Virus record (IMG/VR): IMGVR_UViG_3300012954_000010
Span: 34,498 to 98,497 of that record
Direction: 5' to 3' (one strand)
DNA: 64,000 nt
DNA from: a virus
Positions 57,594-64,000 of this stretch are shown here, piece after piece. The notes below the pieces were generated by a model, which worked only from the letters and a program-made list of their open reading frames with translations, was not told the origin of the DNA and ran no database searches. A program made the translations under genes and the position numbers. Every line of letters starts with the position of its first letter. Positions within the stretch are counted from its first letter, which is position 1.

Positions 57594-59947
57594 TCAAAGA
57601 AGATGGGAGATGTATAACCTTTGGTGTATGTATCGGTGCCAGCATTTCCTACAGAATTAATAGCAGACACAGAAGTTTCTGGTTGTGGTCTACCATCATT
57701 ACCACTAAGATTATTTAGAACCACTGGTGTCATTTGATTCTGCCTTCTAAGAGTCTGTGCCTCTGAAGAGGATACATTTAACATCGCTCCAGTGTTATTC
57801 TGTGGTCCATGCACAGATTCATACATAATTCTTCTCTGTTCTGCAGACAGTTTTGGATTATTATACATTGCATTAGGTCCAGTCACCTGATCATATGTTG
57901 ATATTGGTTGTGGATTAATCAGATCATTAATTATCATGTCTGCCAACATAATAAATGGATGTGAGATTTTTGGAGGCATTTTTGGTGGAACTTTAACTCC
58001 ACCAGTTCTAATCTGAGTTCTAAGTAGATTTGCCCTAGAACTATTTGGATATGCATTATTTTGCAATCTTGTAGCAAGATCTCTACCTTTATTAAAAGTT
58101 GCAGGATTTACTTTTGCCTGAGGTTCTATGAAGTTAATACGAGGTGCTCCACCAGGAACAATGGTATTCACAACACCACCAGGCAACTGACTACCACCAA
58201 GAGATCCCATGCCACCTGCATATCTACTAGCACCAGCGAAAGTAGGTGCAGAATATGCACCCCTACCAAGGATCTGTGGTTTACTAGATGGTATATAACT
58301 TTCACCTCTCATCATAGCATTGAATCCTTGTGAATTCATACCAGTAAATCCAGCACGAACATTTCTAGTTCCTCTTGCTAATCCAGTAGGTTTTCTATTG
58401 AATATGTCGAAGAGTCCTCCACCAGGCTTACCTGACTTAGCATATCCACCACCTCCAGGTGAGCGGTATCCTCCACCACCTCCAGGATCTTCAGGTTCTT
58501 CTTCATCATCAAATGGATTTAAAATCTCGAAGATTTTAGTTACAAAGTCCCCAGCACCACCAAAGAAGTTGACAATTCTATCAAACATACTCATTCCTGG
58601 TGGATTTTCTGTTTGATTAAGTTCAGAATTATTTTTGGTGTTGACACTCTTCAGAAGGTTGTTTGACACCAGATTGTTAATACCAAAAGTCTCAGCAATC
58701 GGTTGGGTAATTTGTTGAATTGCTCCGCCCATTCCCATGACAGATGGCATACCACTTGCTGCACGACCCATCATTGCGATGGTTGTCAAACCAGCAACTT
58801 TAGCTGGCATCTCCATCACCTTAATTAAATCTTCAGTGGTGGCATCATTCTTCTGAGTTTTCTTTGTGGTAGGCGACACCATTGGTTTCCCTTGAGGAAC
58901 CATTGGCATAGTAGGAGTTATATTATTAACACCTGTCTCATACTGAGGTTTTGGTCTGGTCTGACCATCAACAGCACTAGGTTCCCCTTGAGTATAGTTA
59001 TTATCAAGTGGGACAACCATCTCATTGCCATGCAGCATGACAGGATAACCGCTGTCAGGACCACTAAAGATACCACCAGTCTCTGCCTGTGGTATATCAT
59101 CAAGTGGTTCATCCACAGGGTCGTTCATGAGGTTGTCACGCATCCTCTGCAGATCTTCTACCTCATTTCGAGCTGCAACAACTTTAGTATTGTCATCTAA
59201 CCCAACAAATTCATCAGTATCAGCAAGATCATCAACATCAGAAACCTGCTGCATCACTACATCAGTTTCCTTATCATCTTCAATCTTCTTATCTAATTGA
59301 AGTTGTTGATTTAAGATTTTTGCAATATCATCTAACTTATCTGATATTGTATCCGTACTGACAGATAGTCCTTTAGCGACAGCAAGTGACGAATCTTTTG
59401 CACTTGCTATTTCAGTCTGTACTTCTGTCTGCCTCTCTCCAATAGTTGAGATAGATTTGTTGATACTCTCAGCTATCTTGACAAGCAACGATCCAAGTTT
59501 CTTATCAGTTGTAGGAACTGGTCGCTGTACAGTATCCTGATATGTTGTAGATGGTCTAACCAGAGGATCCTTTGGTTTTACCTTTTCTCTATACTTTTGC
59601 TCTAGTGGATTTGCTAATTGTTGATACTCAGGTAGAACTCTACTTGCCAGAGGTGTCCCAATCAAAGGATCGTCTGACTTCTGACCTCTTGCTAAGTAAT
59701 CTGGATAATTAAACCTGTCACCGAATTTCTTTTCTCTAAGAAACCCAGGTGTCATTCTATACTTCAGTGCTTCACCAAAAAACTCACCTCGCTTGAGTTC
59801 TGGATCTATACCATACTTCTCTGCTTCTTTCTCAGCAACTTCCCTCTCACCTTTCGCATCTTCACGAGCGTTGGCAAGAACTTGATATAGCTTAGTAGCT
59901 ACTGTGGTGGTAAGATCACCGCTATATGTGTATGAGTATGATGCCAT
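57590..59947 (-). CDS. Tail/hub (tape-measure-like) protein
   Basis: Coiled coils; GGIFSGPDSGYPVMLHGNEMVVPL; N-terminus paralogous to the next gene. Confidence 0.65.
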   Translation of the reverse strand: MASYSYTYSGDLTTTVATKLYQVLANAREDAKGEREVAEKEAEKYGIDPELKRGEFFGEALKYRMTPGFLREKKFGDRFNYPDYLARGQKSDDPLIGTPLASRVLPEYQQLANPLEQKYREKVKPKDPLVRPSTTYQDTVQRPVPTTDKKLGSLLVKIAESINKSISTIGERQTEVQTEIASAKDSSLAVAKGLSVSTDTISDKLDDIAKILNQQLQLDKKIEDDKETDVVMQQVSDVDDLADTDEFVGLDDNTKVVAARNEVEDLQRMRDNLMNDPVDEPLDDIPQAETGGIFSGPDSGYPVMLHGNEMVVPLDNNYTQGEPSAVDGQTRPKPQYETGVNNITPTMPMVPQGKPMVSPTTKKTQKNDATTEDLIKVMEMPAKVAGLTTIAMMGRAASGMPSVMGMGGAIQQITQPIAETFGINNLVSNNLLKSVNTKNNSELNQTENPPGMSMFDRIVNFFGGAGDFVTKIFEILNPFDDEEEPEDPGGGGGYRSPGGGGYAKSGKPGGGLFDIFNRKPTGLARGTRNVRAGFTGMNSQGFNAMMRGESYIPSSKPQILGRGAYSAPTFAGASRYAGGMGSLGGSQLPGGVVNTIVPGGAPRINFIEPQAKVNPATFNKGRDLATRLQNNAYPNSSRANLLRTQIRTGGVKVPPKMPPKISHPFIMLADMIINDLINPQPISTYDQVTGPNAMYNNPKLSAEQRRIMYESVHGPQNNTGAMLNVSSSEAQTLRRQNQMTPVVLNNLSGNDGRPQPETSVSAINSVGNAGTDTYTKGYTSPIFFD

Positions 59948-59948
59948 A

Positions 59949-62900
59949 TTATGCGCTTAGTCTTGCCATGTGGAATGCTAGTGGATTGAATCCAGATGAT
60001 TTTGAACTTTCGATTTGAAGTTCCTGAATTTCACTAGATTTGCTCTCTATAACATTATTTAATACAATTGTCTGTATAAGTACATCAGACTCATCTTCCT
60101 GAGACAAAGAAGCAACACTTTTTTGCATTATCTCATTATTTGCTGAGAAATTAGAAGAATCGGAAGCAGAAGACCTTAAATTTTTTGGTAGTGGCGTACC
60201 ATCAAATATGTTATAAAATTCTCCGTCTTCTCCTTTCTCAAACAATCCACCAAATGGTTTATTCTTTGTAGCAGGTTCGCTAGAATCAGTAGCACCAGAG
60301 AACATTTTATTGTAATTTGCAGTAGAACTAAGTCTCCCGTCAAGGTGTTGATAATTTGGATTTGGCGCTTCATACCAATTCATCCAATTTTTTGCTAATA
60401 CTGCAGGATCTTTAGAGGAATTTTTCCAAGCATTTAAATCATATGTATATCCATATGGCAGCATAGGTTGACCTTTAGCATTTGTTGGAATATTAGTAAA
60501 CTCATGCATCATCCAATCAACCTGTCCTTCGATATCATCAATCAATTTACTTGGATCTCTTCCAGTAGATTCGTACCATTTTAATGCTAAGTCCCAACGC
60601 CCTGGTGTTTCCCATTGAGCTAGACCACGACCAGGACCACCATCAAGTTGATACATTCTAGTGTATCCCATGGTCTCAATGTCAAAGTTTGCCATGATAG
60701 CAGCGATTTGCGCTTGTGAGAAACCTTTACTCTTGAGAGCGTTATATGTGCGTCTTTCTACATTATTTCTAAATGGAATTTTTGGACCGCCACCAGCATT
60801 TTTCTTAGGTCTGATTAAATTACGAATACCACCGCCACCACCGTCGTCATCATCATTAACTGGGTTGGTTGAATCTCCTGCTCCACGCAAACTCTTTGCA
60901 AAATCAAGCAATACTCTATTACTCGCCTTAAATCCAACACCATTGACATGAAGTGAGATATGTGGATATGCAGGTCCACCATATACACCAGAATCTGTGT
61001 TTCCAGACGCTCCTTGGTATCCTAGTAATGTTCCAGCTGGAATTACATCACCATCTTTATTACCTTTATATGGTAAACTTTTAAAGTGTCCTAGTAATAC
61101 TTCATACTCCTTACCATTTTCTTCAAAGAAGTACGCTCCATAATAACCAAATCCCTGTCCTTTCTGCGACTCTACAACATTTGGATTACCTTGAAGACCA
61201 ACGGCAGGCATTCCATCAGTACCAATTTCCTTGTAGACTAGATCTCTTGGTGCATAGATTGGAGTTCCAATTCCACCAGCAAGAGTCATATTCAGTCCAG
61301 TGTCTTGCCCATCAAGATCTCCTGTAGCTCCAATCTTGAAAACAGTATCAAATGCTTCGGCATCGTTTCCTGATGCTGGAGTATTTGGTCCTGGTTGTTG
61401 ACTACTAGTAGTTACAGGTGCTGCTTTATTGGGTTTTGCATCAGGAGGTGGTGGAGAATACTTAATACCTCTATTGACAATGAAATTCCTTTCAGCATTT
61501 CTGTCTGTTAGTCTACGAGTAAGTGTACTTGATGTTTTAGTAGGTGCAGTTTTCTTTAAATCTGATGTATATGTGACATTTTCAATTTTGAACGGCAATT
61601 TAGTAATTTCACCAAATACTTCTCTGTCTACACCAGCATCTTTTGCCAGTTTTAGTGATGTAGATGCAATCTGAGAACCAACTTGTTCAATATGAGAAAC
61701 AGTCAATTTAGATTTTGGATCAACTAACTCAACTCTTTCCTTTCCGTGTAATATTGCTTCACCAGGGTTGGTGAGCATTGAGGTTCCTGTCTCGTATCCT
61801 TCTGGTAATGTGTCAAGTGGGTCATAACCCATGTCTCTGGCAATATCAGCTGCAGTGAATCCCCAACCAAGAATAGGTATTGCGGATCCAAGACTCATCA
61901 AACCACCAACAGGGTCACCACCAGCAAATCTAGCAGCAGCTTCACCAACACCAATAATTGTTCCAAGACCAGGAACAAATTTACCTGCTTTACCAAAAAG
62001 TTTAGTACCTAACTTTCCACTTTTACTTAAAAACCTTTTAGCAGCAACTCTGGATCCATAGACATTTTTATTAATTAATTTACCTAAAGGACCACCCCTT
62101 CTAGCAAGAGTTTTTCTAAATGCTCTAGAGCGAGACCTAATTCCCTTTCTAGCTGCTCCAACCAACCCAGCTCCTTTATCTCTAACTCTGGCAACTTTTG
62201 CTCTAGCATTTTGCACGCCACGCTGTAGTTTAGCACCAATACTTCTATCCATATCAGAGAGTTCAGTCATCAACTCTGATTTCATCAGGATAGCGTCAAG
62301 AGGATCAATTTCCTTATTTCTGATCATCTTAAACAAAAGATCATCTTGATCTTTTATGAATTTTCTGGTGTTAAGTCCAGCATCCTTTGCGTATGTACGC
62401 ATACCACGAGTGGCATAGTAGTCAGCATTTGCTACAATTTTTTTATACTGCCTCTCGCCGCTATTAAATAAATTTCTTAATTTTTTTCTGGTGAAGGTTT
62501 CCCACTTTCTTCTAAATTTAGCTCCTCCCTTTCCTAGAGCATACCTAGCAATCTTACCACCTATCAAACGAAACTGAGATGCGACAGGTTTGCGACCCGC
62601 CTTGACATATTTTTTACTTCCAGTAAGGGTCTCTCCACGAGCGACCTTTTTCATCATCGACCTAGTTTCTGACAAATCTTCTTTTAATTTGTCAAGGGCA
62701 TACTTCTGTCTGAATAATTCAGCTATGCCATCTAATTTTTCTGCTACAGCATTATTATGGTCAACTATGTGTTGAACAGTTTGAATATTAGACGATCGTA
62801 GATCAGAAACCTGCTCTGCAGTGCTATCTACCTTTCCCTCTAACTTAGTTAACTCTAGACTAATGCCACCACCAAACATTTTGGTGACAAATTCAGCCAT

Positions 62901-63080
62901 ATCAGAATTTTTGACAGGAATCGAATCAGGATCATCCCTGTCAAGTTCCTTTTTTAGCTCTTCTTGCTCCTTGCGCTTCTCGTCGCGGTTTTTTTCAACT
63001 TTATTTTTGACAGCATCAAATAACTTACTAGCAATAGTGGTAGTAAGGTCCCCAGAATATGTTGTTGTATATCCCGCCAT
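59949..63080 (-). CDS. Tape-measure-like protein with M23-peptidase-like and tail-lysozyme domains
   Basis: GTPIYAP...LGH...G..LGYQGASG...PHISL (~60945-61305); KGFSQAQIAAIMANF..E...GRGLAQW (~60300-60750). Confidence 0.75.
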   Translation of the reverse strand: MAGYTTTYSGDLTTTIASKLFDAVKNKVEKNRDEKRKEQEELKKELDRDDPDSIPVKNSDMAEFVTKMFGGGISLELTKLEGKVDSTAEQVSDLRSSNIQTVQHIVDHNNAVAEKLDGIAELFRQKYALDKLKEDLSETRSMMKKVARGETLTGSKKYVKAGRKPVASQFRLIGGKIARYALGKGGAKFRRKWETFTRKKLRNLFNSGERQYKKIVANADYYATRGMRTYAKDAGLNTRKFIKDQDDLLFKMIRNKEIDPLDAILMKSELMTELSDMDRSIGAKLQRGVQNARAKVARVRDKGAGLVGAARKGIRSRSRAFRKTLARRGGPLGKLINKNVYGSRVAAKRFLSKSGKLGTKLFGKAGKFVPGLGTIIGVGEAAARFAGGDPVGGLMSLGSAIPILGWGFTAADIARDMGYDPLDTLPEGYETGTSMLTNPGEAILHGKERVELVDPKSKLTVSHIEQVGSQIASTSLKLAKDAGVDREVFGEITKLPFKIENVTYTSDLKKTAPTKTSSTLTRRLTDRNAERNFIVNRGIKYSPPPPDAKPNKAAPVTTSSQQPGPNTPASGNDAEAFDTVFKIGATGDLDGQDTGLNMTLAGGIGTPIYAPRDLVYKEIGTDGMPAVGLQGNPNVVESQKGQGFGYYGAYFFEENGKEYEVLLGHFKSLPYKGNKDGDVIPAGTLLGYQGASGNTDSGVYGGPAYPHISLHVNGVGFKASNRVLLDFAKSLRGAGDSTNPVNDDDDGGGGGIRNLIRPKKNAGGGPKIPFRNNVERRTYNALKSKGFSQAQIAAIMANFDIETMGYTRMYQLDGGPGRGLAQWETPGRWDLALKWYESTGRDPSKLIDDIEGQVDWMMHEFTNIPTNAKGQPMLPYGYTYDLNAWKNSSKDPAVLAKNWMNWYEAPNPNYQHLDGRLSSTANYNKMFSGATDSSEPATKNKPFGGLFEKGEDGEFYNIFDGTPLPKNLRSSASDSSNFSANNEIMQKSVASLSQEDESDVLIQTIVLNNVIESKSSEIQELQIESSKSSGFNPLAFHMARLSA

Positions 63081-63256
63081 TATTTCTGCTGGTTCTTTTG
63101 CTTGACTTCTTCAAGATACTGCATGAGGAACGCTACATAGACTTCACGCTCCCACGGTATCCAATTTTCAATCTCAGTCAAGCTATATTTATGGTACTGC
63201 ATCAAGGCAAAATTAACTCTGTAGTACCCCTCCAGATTGTTTTGGAAGAGTGCTAT
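63080..63256 (-). CDS. gp51: gp51-like baseplate hub assembly protein (no AUG before the conserved region)
   Basis: LEGYYRVNFALMQYHKYSLTEIENWIPWEREVYV; first in-frame ATG at 63202; TAATG coupling to the next gene. Confidence 0.8.
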   Translation of the reverse strand: MALFQNNLEGYYRVNFALMQYHKYSLTEIENWIPWEREVYVAFLMQYLEEVKQKNQQK

Positions 63257-63966
63257 GCGAAAAAACTCTGCAAACCCTCAAGCACATACTCAGACTCCAC
63301 ACCAGTTTTGGGATTTACCACTGTAAAGGAATGTCTAAGTTTGGGTGATGTTTGATAAAATTCCTGAATTTTCTCAAATTGATTAGTAGTAAGACTATCA
63401 ATAAATTCGCGGAATTCTTTCTTTGTAGTAGTTGTACTATCAAAAACCTCTTCACCCTGGTAGATTTGATCAATACTTTCAGAAATTAATACAAATACTT
63501 CGTCAGTATCGAGATCTTTACTCAAAAAGTCCAATTCGATGAATCTCTTCATGCTAGGATAATTCATCACAACGCCAAATTCTTCATCAAACTCAATTTT
63601 GGGTGAATGACCCTCTGGTTTGAATACTTTAATATCACCAATTGGAATTTTTACATCAACTTTCGTTTCATTGTCATCTTGACAAGTTACGGTCAAAGTG
63701 ATGCTCTCTCCAATAGAAGCAGCACGGATATTAAGGAAAATGTATTCCAGGTCAAAAATAGGCAGTTGATCTACCTTAATTCTACTCAAAACGCAATTTT
63801 TGATAAGATCCTTAACTGCGTTAGTAATTTGCTTTTCGTCTTCAGACTCAAGTGCAAGCAAAAGCACTTTTTCCTCTTTTACCAAAAACGGGCGATATTT
63901 TAAAGTTTTACCCGTAGATGGCAATTCAAGTTCATATGTTGGATACCCAACCTTAGGCAAAGCCAT
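63253..63966 (-). CDS. gp26: Baseplate hub assembly chaperone gp26
   Basis: MALPK...PTYELELPSTGK..KYRPFLVKEEKVLL...LEGLQSFFA; CTAAATA at 63991-63997. Confidence 0.92.
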   Translation of the reverse strand: MALPKVGYPTYELELPSTGKTLKYRPFLVKEEKVLLLALESEDEKQITNAVKDLIKNCVLSRIKVDQLPIFDLEYIFLNIRAASIGESITLTVTCQDDNETKVDVKIPIGDIKVFKPEGHSPKIEFDEEFGVVMNYPSMKRFIELDFLSKDLDTDEVFVLISESIDQIYQGEEVFDSTTTTKKEFREFIDSLTTNQFEKIQEFYQTSPKLRHSFTVVNPKTGVESEYVLEGLQSFFA

Positions 63967-64000
63967 GATAATAACCTCAGATCGTATATTTATTTAGATC

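Noticed and set aside
1-64000. Frequent CTAG as a methylation signature
   Set aside because: Only modestly above expectation in a spot check and explainable by CTA codon usage.

Overview
Window from a marine T4-like cyanomyovirus (picocyanobacterial host). Essentially all real genes are on the minus strand. Left to right: (1) 1-13.1 kb, late baseplate operon: a >2,900-aa gp7-like wedge protein running off the left edge (missing from the ORF track), gp6, gp25, a PAAR-like gene and small ORFs. (2) 13.2-25.5 kb, early/accessory island of small genes behind repeated sigma70-type promoters with a palindromic upstream box; it holds an orphan HicA-like RNase, an AbrB-like protein, an origin-like AT-rich region, and a coupled HinP1I/MspI-like nuclease plus amino-methyltransferase. 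(3) 25.6-47.8 kb, tail-fibre genes and a ~4,590-aa virion protein with nested, branched repeats. (4) 47.8-52 kb, tRNA-Ala/Thr/Leu, a permuted two-piece tmRNA, two cpeT-like lyases, pebS, a 2OG-Fe(II) oxygenase and a glutaredoxin. (5) 52-64 kb, gp5/hub/tape-measure-like genes, cp12, gp51 and gp26. Most notable: all three tRNAs contain the stop codon of the upstream CDS and sit beside a phage tmRNA (candidate non-stop mRNA/trans-translation circuit); CCGG appears absent from the window; a -1 slippery site joins gp26 to gp51; the giant protein has a balanced nested domain topology. All assignments come from reading the sequence by eye; no searches were run.
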